Assembly: GCA_030427965.1 (NCBI GenBank)
Contig: JAUICD010000009.1
Span: 10,551 to 74,550, forward strand
Direction: 5' to 3'
Length of the DNA: 64,000 bases
Source: Bdellovibrionia bacterium
GTDB taxonomy: Bacteria > Bdellovibrionota > Bdellovibrionia > Bdellovibrionales > JAUICD01
Part shown: in pieces, positions 1 through 9,343 of the stretch
Layout: every line of letters starts with the position of its first letter
How positions within the stretch are numbered: position 1 is the first letter of the stretch
Notes under the pieces: generated by a model
Seen by the model: only the letters and a program-made list of their open reading frames with translations
Told to the model about the DNA's origin: nothing
The model's database searches: none
Program-made: the position numbers and the translations under genes

Positions 1-1
1 C

Positions 2-1741
2 GAATATCAAATTGGTGGATTGAAGTTTTCTATTGAGGATTTTGGTATTTATTCGGGGCTTATTGCTTGGGTGGATACTCAAGGCACATATTATTATAAA
101 GATCGTGTTGAATTTCAGCTCCCTAAAGGTGCAATGCATTTTGGTAAGGTAGAGGTTTATAGTCGTATTGGGCGAAAGCTTTTGGAGTTGAATTTTGATG
201 AAAAAAACATGCAAGAATGGAAGACATGGAAGAAGAAGTTGTCCACAGGAAAACGTGTTACTAAGGGAAATCGGTACTTAAAAATCTTGAAGGATCCCAA
301 TATTCCAAGTGAAATTCCATTTGGAAGTGTTGAAATTGAACAAGGACTTTTCACAGATGTTGAGGAACCTATTTTTTACTGTGTATCTGCAGTCAACGTA
401 CAGTTGAAATTGAAATCTAAAATTTGTTCTCCTCCATTGAAAAAAAGGGGTGGGCAGTTTCTTCCATTTCCCTATCGCACAACGAAAACATTTGTAAAAC
501 TTGATGGAAAAAACCGGAGTAAAGGCAAGATCTTGCTTAAGCAGGGTGAGGAGCCAAGAAAATTAAGAGCTCGGTTGAAAGATGGTATTCGATTACGCGT
601 GGACTTTGCTTACCCTCGATATGAGATTGTAGATATCATCGCAACGGCGGGGAGTGAAGTTCGGTTGATTGGAATTGGTGAGAGACCTCTTGGATATGAG
701 TACTTAGATGAGGTTCCTTTTTCACTATGGAAACTTTTTTACTTAGAAGAGACATATCCAAATAAACCAAGATATTGGCAAGTTTTTATTGAAAATGGAG
801 GTGCAATTTATATTTCTATGTTGGGCCTTGATTTGAAAACAATTAAAATAAGTTCAGAGACATATCCAGTTGAAGAACAGAGACCTTACTTGAAACTGTT
901 GAAATCTGAGGAAACATATTCAAGTCGACCTAAACTCGAAGGGGTGAGCGAAGTCGGTGTGTCTGGATTTCAGCAGAGTGAGTTGAAAAACTTAGAAGGA
1001 AATAAAATTGAACTGACCTTTCCTGCTCCAAAAAAATCAGAGATCAATCTTGGAAAGGTACGTGTTGAAAAAAAGTTTGTTGCATCACGTGGAATTTATA
1101 GAGGCTATTCCAATCTCTTAAGTGGTGTAGGAACGCTTGCTCCAGATTTAAACAATGGTCAGTTGGTCGTACTTTATAATTTCCACTCTGAGATGTGGTT
1201 CAATTCGATTTTTGGATGGAGAAACAGGTGGTTGAGTTATCAAAAATGGGGAGTGGATCTAAAATATGTAGGAAGTTTTACAAACCCTCAGACGATAGGC
1301 TTTAATTCGCTTGAGTTTTTTGAAACCTCATTGAAGTACAGGTTTTATTCTGGGCTTGCATACCGTGAAGCCACTGTTGGCGCGATTTACAAATACTTTT
1401 CTGCGGATCTTTCACCTGGTTATGAAGGTTTTCACGGACTTGGGATGTTTTGGTCTCGCTCTCTCTTTAAAATTTTGAGTGACTCTATTAGTTGGATTGG
1501 GATTTTTGATCATCCTATTTGGTTAGATATGCACTTTGTTTATTTCCCCGTTGATGGCTCTGGACGTATACCTCATGGATTGAACTTTCAAACGTCTTTT
1601 GAAGCTAAGGTGTTTTGGAGGCCATGGTTTTTTGGACGTTTTGGGTTGGATTATAGAAATATCGAGTTTCAAATTAGTTCCAATCAAAAGGCGTCTCTGG
1701 GGCTTGTGGGTGGTTCTTTAGGGTTTGGAATTCTTTTTTGA
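2..1741 (+). CDS. Hypothetical outer-membrane-type protein, 5' end cut by window edge
   Basis: The frame is open from base 2 with no stop before the TTG at 20, so the N-terminus lies upstream. The C-terminal half is aromatic/Gly-rich and ends ...SLGFGILF, the terminal-Phe signature of beta-barrel OMPs. No family recognised. Confidence 0.6.
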   Translation, partial: EYQIGGLKFSIEDFGIYSGLIAWVDTQGTYYYKDRVEFQLPKGAMHFGKVEVYSRIGRKLLELNFDEKNMQEWKTWKKKLSTGKRVTKGNRYLKILKDPNIPSEIPFGSVEIEQGLFTDVEEPIFYCVSAVNVQLKLKSKICSPPLKKRGGQFLPFPYRTTKTFVKLDGKNRSKGKILLKQGEEPRKLRARLKDGIRLRVDFAYPRYEIVDIIATAGSEVRLIGIGERPLGYEYLDEVPFSLWKLFYLEETYPNKPRYWQVFIENGGAIYISMLGLDLKTIKISSETYPVEEQRPYLKLLKSEETYSSRPKLEGVSEVGVSGFQQSELKNLEGNKIELTFPAPKKSEINLGKVRVEKKFVASRGIYRGYSNLLSGVGTLAPDLNNGQLVVLYNFHSEMWFNSIFGWRNRWLSYQKWGVDLKYVGSFTNPQTIGFNSLEFFETSLKYRFYSGLAYREATVGAIYKYFSADLSPGYEGFHGLGMFWSRSLFKILSDSISWIGIFDHPIWLDMHFVYFPVDGSGRIPHGLNFQTSFEAKVFWRPWFFGRFGLDYRNIEFQISSNQKASLGLVGGSLGFGILF

Positions 1742-1948
1742 TGCCGCATCAGGCTAACGGCCTCGTTGTTTAACTCAATGCAAAAAACAATTGAAGCTGC
1801 TTGTCACTTTTGTGTTTTAAGCACGAGATTGGCAACTGAGGTCAGCTCGTAGATCTTCAAAGGAATATCAATATTATGTGCTCGACGTGATTGACTTGGT
1901 TTTACAAAGAGTGGGAAAAGAGCCACTTAAAGCGACACGGAGGAGACC

Positions 1949-3538
1949 ATGAAAAAGCTTATATTTTCAATACTGTCGATGGCCTTAATTGTAGGTTGTA
2001 CAAAGAAACAAGAGAAATCTGAATTTGGTTTAGATATCAACGACACAATTCGTGTGAACTTTCTGACTGAGCCTCCGTCTTTGGATTGGAGTAAGTCTAC
2101 GGATACAACTTCAAGTTTTGTTGAAATCAATATCATGGATGGGCTTGCAGAATTTGATTTTACAAAACCAAATCTTTCTGTGAAGCCAGCACTTGCTGAA
2201 TCTTGGGAGCCAAGCAATGGTTCAAAAACTTGGACTTTTAAATTACGCCAAGGTGTGAAGTGGACAGATGGTGTGGAGCTTGAAGCATCTCACTTTGTGG
2301 ATGGTTGGGAGAGACTTTTACGACCAACAACGGCTTCGGAATATGGGTACTATCTTTTTGGAGTTAAAAACGCCAGGAAGTACAATGAAGGTAAGCTCAA
2401 AGATTTTTCTAAAGTGGGTGTCAGGGCAGAAGACAAATACACTTTGGTGGTCGATTTAGATACGCCTCGTAGTTATTTTCCATTGATGCTCACTCATCAT
2501 GCTTCTTATCCAATTCGAAAAGATGTTATTGCAAAGCACGGTGAAGACACTTGGGCTGATGAAGGCAAAATTGTCACCCTTGGTGCTTATAAATTAAAGA
2601 AATGGGAACATGATCGAATTATTCACCTAGAAAGAAATGAAGACTATTATGGTGAAAAGGCCAAGATTAAGAATGTGCTGGTCTACATGATTCTTGAACA
2701 GTCTACAGCTGTTGGACTTGTGGATACTGGGAAGTTGGATTTTCAATTGGAAGTTCCAAAATCAGATATTCGAGTCCTTCGTAATAGAGAGGACTATGTA
2801 AACATTCATAATCTGGGTATTTACTACTATGGATTCAACACTAAGAAGGCTCCTTACAATGATTCACGTGTTCGTAGAGCAATTGCAATGGCTATTGATC
2901 GAAAAGAAATTGCAACTGTTATTGGTGGAGGAGAAAAACCAACAGGCAATATCATTCCTCCTGGCTTAATTGGACATGATGAGGAAATTGGGACCAAGTT
3001 TGATCCAGCAGCAGCAAAGGCACTTCTTGCTGAGGCAGGTTATACGGATATGACCAACTTTCCAAAGTTGACTCTAAACTTTAATACAAATGAGAATCAT
3101 CAGCTGGTTGCCGAAAACGTTCAGGCTCAGCTCAAAAGAAACCTAGGTGTCAGCTTAGAGTTAAAGAATGAAGAGTGGAAAGTTTATTTAAAAACACTAA
3201 GAACCAATAATTTTGGGATATATCGAATGGGTTGGGTTTCAGATTACCCAGATCCAGCTGACTTTATGAGCTTGATGTTGAGTTACTCAGAGAACAATCG
3301 GTCCAAATGGGTGAATAAGAAATACGACAGTCTGGTTGAGAAAGCAGCGGCAGAGCTAGATTCTGACAAACGCATTGAGGCTTACACCCAAGCTCAAAAG
3401 ATTTTACTAGAAAAAGATGCACCAATAGTTCCTCTCTATGTCTATAGTAGCAACGTGCTTGTTTCTAAACGTGTTAAGAATTTTCCAATCAATGAAATGA
3501 GACAGTTTCCACTTAAAGGTGCGAGCTTAGTTAAGTAA
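1949..3538 (+). CDS. Peptide ABC transporter substrate-binding lipoprotein (family 5, OppA/DppA-type)
   Basis: 529 aa. Signal peptide with lipobox LIVGC, GGAGG-type SD (acggaggagacc) before the ATG, and family-5 SBP-like sequence throughout. It is followed directly by two Opp-type permeases. Confidence 0.9.
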   Translation: MKKLIFSILSMALIVGCTKKQEKSEFGLDINDTIRVNFLTEPPSLDWSKSTDTTSSFVEINIMDGLAEFDFTKPNLSVKPALAESWEPSNGSKTWTFKLRQGVKWTDGVELEASHFVDGWERLLRPTTASEYGYYLFGVKNARKYNEGKLKDFSKVGVRAEDKYTLVVDLDTPRSYFPLMLTHHASYPIRKDVIAKHGEDTWADEGKIVTLGAYKLKKWEHDRIIHLERNEDYYGEKAKIKNVLVYMILEQSTAVGLVDTGKLDFQLEVPKSDIRVLRNREDYVNIHNLGIYYYGFNTKKAPYNDSRVRRAIAMAIDRKEIATVIGGGEKPTGNIIPPGLIGHDEEIGTKFDPAAAKALLAEAGYTDMTNFPKLTLNFNTNENHQLVAENVQAQLKRNLGVSLELKNEEWKVYLKTLRTNNFGIYRMGWVSDYPDPADFMSLMLSYSENNRSKWVNKKYDSLVEKAAAELDSDKRIEAYTQAQKILLEKDAPIVPLYVYSSNVLVSKRVKNFPINEMRQFPLKGASLVK

Positions 3539-4623
3539 TGAGGAAAAACTACAAAGTCATAACTGGAGCCGTTATCGTCGGCTCCATTCTTTTGAATATA
3601 TTTTTTGACCTTTTTGAATTCGAGGGTTTTTTGCCCTCGGCGATGCTCTATGTGTCTTTGATTTCAGGGGCAATTGGCGCAACGATATTGATCGTAAAAG
3701 AGAATCTCTTGGTTTACGTTGCAAAGCGCGGATTTGAAGCTTTTGTTACAATGTTTGTTATTGCAACTGCCACCTTTTTACTTCTCCGATTTTTACCAGG
3801 AGGTCCTTTTGATACAGAGAAAGCTCTTCCTCCAGAAATTAAAGCCAATGTAGAGGCAAAGTACAATCTCAATGCCCCTTTAATTGAACAGTATGGTCTA
3901 TACATTTCAGGATTGCTTCGTGGAGACTTGGGGCAGTCTTACAAATACATAGGCCGATCTGTTACAGAGATTATTGCTCAGGCAATGCCTGCCACATTTA
4001 AATTGGGATTTTATGCACTTTTGATTGCATTTATTATAGGAGTCCCTCTTGGAGTCATTGCGGCTTATAAGCACAATACCTGGGTTGACAATCTTGCAAT
4101 GGCTGGAGCGATCAGTGGGGTAGCACTTCCTAACTTTTTGGTTGGAGCCATACTTATTCTAATCTTTGCGCTTTACTTTCGTGTTTTACCTGCAGCTCTT
4201 TGGGAAAGTCCGACACATTATATTTTACCAGTACTAACACTTGGTTTGCGCCCGATTTCAATTATCGCCCGTCTCACCAGGTCTAGTGTTTTAGATGTTA
4301 TTCGTTCCGATTATATTCGAACAGCCTGGGCAAAGGGACTTGGTGAGAAAGTGGTTTTGTTCAAACACGTTTTAAGAAACTCTTTGATTCCAGTTCTTTC
4401 TATATCAGGACCTCTTATTGCCAATGTTATGTCGGGTTCATTTGTGATTGAAGTGATTTTTGCTGTTCCGGGGATGGGAAGACATCTTGTTCAAAGCGTG
4501 AACAACCGAGACTATCCCTTGATATTGGGACTGACCCTTCTTTATTCAGTTGTATTGATATTTGCGAACTTAATTGTGGATTTGCTTTATTCGATTGTTG
4601 ATCCACGAATCAAATTGGCTTAG
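3538..4623 (+). CDS. Peptide ABC transporter permease (OppB/DppB-type)
   Basis: 361 aa polytopic protein whose start overlaps the upstream stop (TAATG). It has an N-terminal extension with extra TM helices, then a typical BPD-transporter core (...RTAWAKGL...). Confidence 0.9.
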   Translation: MRKNYKVITGAVIVGSILLNIFFDLFEFEGFLPSAMLYVSLISGAIGATILIVKENLLVYVAKRGFEAFVTMFVIATATFLLLRFLPGGPFDTEKALPPEIKANVEAKYNLNAPLIEQYGLYISGLLRGDLGQSYKYIGRSVTEIIAQAMPATFKLGFYALLIAFIIGVPLGVIAAYKHNTWVDNLAMAGAISGVALPNFLVGAILILIFALYFRVLPAALWESPTHYILPVLTLGLRPISIIARLTRSSVLDVIRSDYIRTAWAKGLGEKVVLFKHVLRNSLIPVLSISGPLIANVMSGSFVIEVIFAVPGMGRHLVQSVNNRDYPLILGLTLLYSVVLIFANLIVDLLYSIVDPRIKLA

Positions 4624-4631
4624 GAGAACAG

Positions 4632-5564
4632 ATGTCACAATCTGCGACCACGGATCAAAAAACAATGCTCACTTCAACCAGTGGTAAAGCCGAGAGTCTT
4701 TGGGCAGATGCTTGGAAAAGATTAAAGAAAAACAAAGCTTCGGTTGTGTCGGGTATTTTTATATTGATTATGTGTTTTATAGCGTTGTTTGCAAAACAAA
4801 TTCAGCCTTACCCATTTGATAAACAAGATATCACTCAAATTTTAGAAGGACCAAGTGCCACCCATTGGCTGGGTACAGACAATTTGGGACGTGATCTCTT
4901 GTCACGCTTGATTTATGGCGCACGAATGTCGATGGCTGTTGCGATTTTTACAGCATTTGTTTCTCTCTTTATTGGTGCTGTGTATGGAGCAATCTCTGGG
5001 TGGTTTGGTGGTAAAGTCGATGCCATTATGATGAGATCAATGGATATACTTTACTCAATCCCAGCTCTTGTATTGATGATTTTAGTGATGGTGGCTTTTG
5101 GTTCGGTAGAGCTTTTTGACAATCCTGAATTAAAGGCGATGACAGGGATTTTCCTTGCTCTTAGTATTGTTGGTTGGGTGAGTGTGGCGCGTCTTGTACG
5201 TGGGCAGGTTTTGCAGGTCAAAGAGATGCAATATGTCGAGGCGGCTTTTGCAATGGGTGCGAGCCAATTTGGAATTGTGTGGAAACATATTTTTCCAAAT
5301 ATCCTAGGTCCAATTATTGTGACTTTAACGTTTCAAATTCCTGCCAATGTTCTTTTTGAAAGCTTTTTGAGTTTTATCGGGCTTGGTCTTCAACCACCGT
5401 TTTCAAGTTGGGGAGTGCTTGCAAATGAAGGGTGGCGTTCGCTTCGGAACTACCCTCATTTGATCATTTCTCCAGGGCTTGCGATTTTTATGACAATGCT
5501 TGCTTTCAATCTCTTTGGCGATGGCCTTCGAGATGCCTTTGATCCAAAATTAAAAAATCGTTAG
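4632..5564 (+). CDS. Peptide ABC transporter permease (OppC/DppC-type)
   Basis: 310 aa. Contains the OppC-type N-terminal segment (HWLGTDNLGRDLLSRLIYGAR) and a permease core. Confidence 0.9.
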   Translation: MSQSATTDQKTMLTSTSGKAESLWADAWKRLKKNKASVVSGIFILIMCFIALFAKQIQPYPFDKQDITQILEGPSATHWLGTDNLGRDLLSRLIYGARMSMAVAIFTAFVSLFIGAVYGAISGWFGGKVDAIMMRSMDILYSIPALVLMILVMVAFGSVELFDNPELKAMTGIFLALSIVGWVSVARLVRGQVLQVKEMQYVEAAFAMGASQFGIVWKHIFPNILGPIIVTLTFQIPANVLFESFLSFIGLGLQPPFSSWGVLANEGWRSLRNYPHLIISPGLAIFMTMLAFNLFGDGLRDAFDPKLKNR

Positions 5565-5761
5565 ATACCTGAGAATACATCTCAAACCAGTGTTTTAAAA
5601 AAGACTAAGCGTTTGTCTCAAATTAATACATATTCATGTGAGATTTTGACCGATAAGAAGATATGAAAGATATAGTTGAGAAGCTTAAGGCATTGCTCGA
5701 TCGTATTTTAGCTCCACCGCCGAAGCCAGTACCAATCCGAACTCGCCGTTAGGTGCGGCAC

Positions 5762-6862
5762 CTAAACGTTAAAGCGAAAGAGCATCACGTCGCCATCTCT
5801 TACGACGTATTCTTTTCCTTCTGATTTGAACTTCCCTTTTTCTTTGATTGCAGTTTCAGTCTTGAACTCAAAGAGATCTTCACAGTGATAGGTTTCAGCT
5901 CGAATAAACCCTCGTTCAAAATCCGTGTGGATCACTCCAGCTGCCTGCGGAGCAAGGGTTCCCACTTTGACAGTCCAAGCTCGTGACTCTTTAGGACCTG
6001 CCGTGAAGTAAGTGATAAGATTAAGAAGTTTGTAGGCCTCTAAGATCAGGCGATTTAGACCAGGCTCCTTGAGACCTGCAGATTCTAGAAACTCTCCACG
6101 CTCCTCAATGGGGAGTTGAGCGATTTCTTCTTCAAGTTTACTGCATATGACAATGACTTGATTGTTTTCGCCCTTGGCTTTTGTTCGGACTTTTTCAACA
6201 TGTTTATTGCCATTATTTAAAAGATCTTCTTCTCCGACATTACAAGCGTAGAGCACAGGTTTTGACGTGAGCAAATGAAGCTCTTTAACAAATTTGGTAT
6301 GATCTTTTGGAACTTCAATGGTCCTGGCGGGTTTCCCCTCTTGTAAACAGGCATGAATTTTCTCGACGAGCTCCATTTCAGATTTTTGATCGGATTTGAC
6401 ACCACTTTTTGCTTGATTCTTGAGCTTTTGGAGTCTTTTTTCAATTGAATCTAAATCTGCAAGCATCAATTCTGTTTCAATGACTTCCATATCTCGCATA
6501 GGGTCTACAGATCCTGATACGTGCACAACATTGCTGTCATCAAAGCAGCGAACCACATGAACAATGGCATCGGTCTCTCGAATGTGACTCAAAAACTGGT
6601 TGCCCAGTCCCTCACCTTTACTTGCACCCTCAACAAGTCCGGCAATATCTACAAATTCGATAGTTGTAGGTATTGTTTCTTTTGAACCGATAAGCTCGGC
6701 GACCTTTGTGAGTCGTGGGTCCGGTACTGTTACAACCCCAACGTTTGGGTCTATTGTGCAAAATGGATAGTTGGCACTCTCTGCTTTGGCTGCAGTTAGA
6801 GCATTGAAGAGTGTGCTCTTTCCAACGTTTGGTAGACCTACAATTCCAACTTGTAAACTCAT
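5762..6862 (-). CDS. ychF: Ribosome-binding ATPase YchF
   Basis: 366 aa. N-terminus is MSLQVGIVGLPNVGKSTLFNALT (G1 motif), with a C-terminal TGS-like region (...VVRDGDVMLFRFNV). Confidence 0.95.
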   Translation of the reverse strand: MSLQVGIVGLPNVGKSTLFNALTAAKAESANYPFCTIDPNVGVVTVPDPRLTKVAELIGSKETIPTTIEFVDIAGLVEGASKGEGLGNQFLSHIRETDAIVHVVRCFDDSNVVHVSGSVDPMRDMEVIETELMLADLDSIEKRLQKLKNQAKSGVKSDQKSEMELVEKIHACLQEGKPARTIEVPKDHTKFVKELHLLTSKPVLYACNVGEEDLLNNGNKHVEKVRTKAKGENNQVIVICSKLEEEIAQLPIEERGEFLESAGLKEPGLNRLILEAYKLLNLITYFTAGPKESRAWTVKVGTLAPQAAGVIHTDFERGFIRAETYHCEDLFEFKTETAIKEKGKFKSEGKEYVVRDGDVMLFRFNV

Positions 6863-6939
6863 TTGATTCCCTTTGATTTGTGTATATCTTTTATTTGGTG
6901 GCCTATCTTCCTACAGGTGACTTTAAACCCCATAGTTTT

Positions 6940-7521
6940 TCACAGTTCTTTTTGAGGTTTGATGTTAAACTTTGTGGCGGCTTTTGAATAACCTTCATTG
7001 ATGTAGCACTCAAGTCCCTCAATGGCCTTGTCTATTAAGGGTGGAAGTTCAGATATTTCTTGGTCATCAAATTTTTGAAGAACATAATCTGCAACTTCCA
7101 TTTTGGGATGAGGAGGTCTTCCAACCCCAAACTTAAGGCGACCATAGTTTTGGCTTCCAAGCTTTTCATTGATATCTTTAAGCCCATTGTGTCCACCGGG
7201 ACCTCGGTTTTGTTGAAACTTGAGCGTACCAAAAGGAAGGTCGACTTCGTCATGCACGATTAAGAGGTTTGTCATTGGAATTTTATAAAAACTCATAATC
7301 TGCTGAATAGGTCCACCAGAGAGATTCATGTAGGTGAGTGGTTTGGCTATTATAGCATCATCTCCACGCAGTTTAAGTCGTGCGGTTTTGGCTTTGAATT
7401 CGTCTTTTTCAGATTGGATTCTTCTTATTTGAGCCCAATGATCTAAAACCATGAACCCCACGTTGTGGCGGGTTTCTGCGTACTTCGGACCTGGGTTGCC
7501 CAGGCCAGCAATAAGCCACAT
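6940..7521 (-). CDS. pth: Peptidyl-tRNA hydrolase
   Basis: 193 aa. MWLIAGLGNPGPKYAETRHNVGF is the canonical Pth N-terminus. Confidence 0.95.
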   Translation of the reverse strand: MWLIAGLGNPGPKYAETRHNVGFMVLDHWAQIRRIQSEKDEFKAKTARLKLRGDDAIIAKPLTYMNLSGGPIQQIMSFYKIPMTNLLIVHDEVDLPFGTLKFQQNRGPGGHNGLKDINEKLGSQNYGRLKFGVGRPPHPKMEVADYVLQKFDDQEISELPPLIDKAIEGLECYINEGYSKAATKFNIKPQKEL

Positions 7522-7524
7522 TCT

Positions 7525-8223
7525 CTAGTCTTTCTTTTCGCCTTCAGCTTTTTTCTCAGCAGCTCCGCCTTCTTTTGGAGCAGCAGCACCTTCAGCAGCG
7601 GCTTCACCTTCTACAGCTCCTTCTGCAGCAGCTTCAGCAACAGGTGCTTCTTCTTCCTCACGGATTTCAGCAACTGTGACAATTGCAAGGTCTTCTTTTG
7701 AAGTTTGCTTAACTCCTTCAGGAAAATTGAGGTCAGAAAGATGAAGTGTGTCGTTGAGTTTAAGTGGTGTAACGTCAACAACAATTGTATCTGGAATTTT
7801 GTCAGGAAGGCAGTCGACTTCAACAGACCGTCGAATAGGTTGAAGTTGGCCTCCTTCAAGTAAGCCTTCAGCCTTACCTTCAAAGGTCAGCTCAATGTTG
7901 ACTCGAACTTCTTGAGTCATATCTAGGGCGTAGAAATCAACATGAATCGGTCTTCTGCTAACTGGGTCACGATCCACTTTTTTCATTAGAACTTTACGGT
8001 TATTCACTTTGGACTCAGAGGATTTCAAAACAAAGATCGCATTTTCATAATCGAGTTTTGAATATTTCACGATCCACTTTTCTTCGAGTGCAACATTGGT
8101 ATTTTCCAGTTTGGAACCGTAAACAACTGCTGGAGTTAAAAACTTCTTTCGCAGTTTGTGTGAATTGCCTTTGCCAGTTTCACGTACGTTTACTTCAAGA
8201 TTTATTGATTCGCCTGTTGTCAT
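7525..8223 (-). CDS. rplY: 50S ribosomal protein L25 / general stress protein Ctc, with acidic Ala/Glu-rich C-terminal tail
   Basis: 232 aa long-form L25/Ctc, positioned between prs and pth as in the conserved cluster. The tail is EEEEAPVAEAAAEGAVEGEAAAEG... Confidence 0.9.
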   Translation of the reverse strand: MTTGESINLEVNVRETGKGNSHKLRKKFLTPAVVYGSKLENTNVALEEKWIVKYSKLDYENAIFVLKSSESKVNNRKVLMKKVDRDPVSRRPIHVDFYALDMTQEVRVNIELTFEGKAEGLLEGGQLQPIRRSVEVDCLPDKIPDTIVVDVTPLKLNDTLHLSDLNFPEGVKQTSKEDLAIVTVAEIREEEEAPVAEAAAEGAVEGEAAAEGAAAPKEGGAAEKKAEGEKKD

Positions 8224-8231
8224 ATTTCACC

Positions 8232-9176
8232 TCAATTGAACAAAGAACTCACTGATTCATTGTCATGTATTCGTCGAATAGCTGCCGCTAACACGGGTGC
8301 CATTGAGACGACTTTAAGTTTCTTACAGGCCTCCATATTCTTTGCCTGTGGTATTGTATCTGTAACCAAAACTTGCTCGATTTGACTCTCATTGAGTCGC
8401 GAAAGAGCTGGGCCAGAAAAAACCCCATGAGTTGCCACAGAGATCACCCTTTTTGCACCATTCTTGATAAGACTGTCAACAGCTTGTGTCAAAGTCCCTG
8501 CTGTATCTATCATGTCGTCCAAGATTACTGCAGTTTTGCCTGTTACGTCTCCAACCAGATTGATGGCCTTTGCTTCATTGGGCTTAACGCGCCGCTTATC
8601 AATAATGGCAATAGAGCACTCGATCCGCTTTGCAAAGGCTCTGACCCGCTCAACTCCCCCTGCATCAGGGCTTACAACGACAAATTCGTCGCCTTTTCCG
8701 TAAATATTGCGCCACTCACGAGCAAGGGTTGGAATTGCAAATAAGTGATCAAATGGAACATCAAAGAATCCTTGAATTTGAGCAGCATGGAGATCTAGTG
8801 CTACCACACGATTTGCTCCTGCTGCAGAAAGTAAATCCGCACAGAGTTTTGCTGAAATTGGCGCGCGTGGAGAGGCTTTGCGGTCTTGGCGAGCATATCC
8901 ATAATAGGGAAGAACAGCAGTGATGCGTTCTGCGGAAGCTCTTTTTAGAGCGTCCATCATCACAAAGAGCTCCATATAGTTTTCATTCACAGGAGGGCAG
9001 GTGCTTTGAACAACAAAAATGTCTTTTCCTCTTACGTTCTCATGGACGTCGACCTGGACTTCACCATCTGCAAAGCGTTTTACTTCGCAGCTAATGAGGC
9101 TGACTCCAGCTTCACTGGCAATACTTTTGGCCAGTTGGTCGTTTGAGTTTCCTGTTATGATTTTGAGTTCTCTCAT
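8232..9176 (-). CDS. prs: Ribose-phosphate pyrophosphokinase
   Basis: Prs sequence throughout (MRELKIITGNSN..., PYYGYARQDRK, DLHAAQIQGFF). The ATG at 9176 gives the canonical N-terminus. The track start at 9197 is a GTG that adds 7 unconserved residues. Confidence 0.92.
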   Translation of the reverse strand: MRELKIITGNSNDQLAKSIASEAGVSLISCEVKRFADGEVQVDVHENVRGKDIFVVQSTCPPVNENYMELFVMMDALKRASAERITAVLPYYGYARQDRKASPRAPISAKLCADLLSAAGANRVVALDLHAAQIQGFFDVPFDHLFAIPTLAREWRNIYGKGDEFVVVSPDAGGVERVRAFAKRIECSIAIIDKRRVKPNEAKAINLVGDVTGKTAVILDDMIDTAGTLTQAVDSLIKNGAKRVISVATHGVFSGPALSRLNESQIEQVLVTDTIPQAKNMEACKKLKVVSMAPVLAAAIRRIHDNESVSSLFN

Positions 9177-9343
9177 GATGGTGAATGTGTAACGCACTCA
9201 AAGAAATGTGTCATCTTTGGTTGAAGAATTATTTGGAATTCTAACAAATAACTCGTTGCATATTCATTGCGACTTCGGCTTATCAAATCCTTGGCGTGAA
9301 GGGTTTGACGACCCCCTCGCAAATTTGTTCTCAAAAAGTTTAG

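Noticed and set aside
5663-5752. 29-codon ORF (MKDIVEKLKALLDRILAPPPKPVPIRTRR) between oppC and ychF
   Set aside because: It is too short, has only a weak AAGAAG SD-like sequence, and resembles no known family. It cannot be supported from sequence alone.
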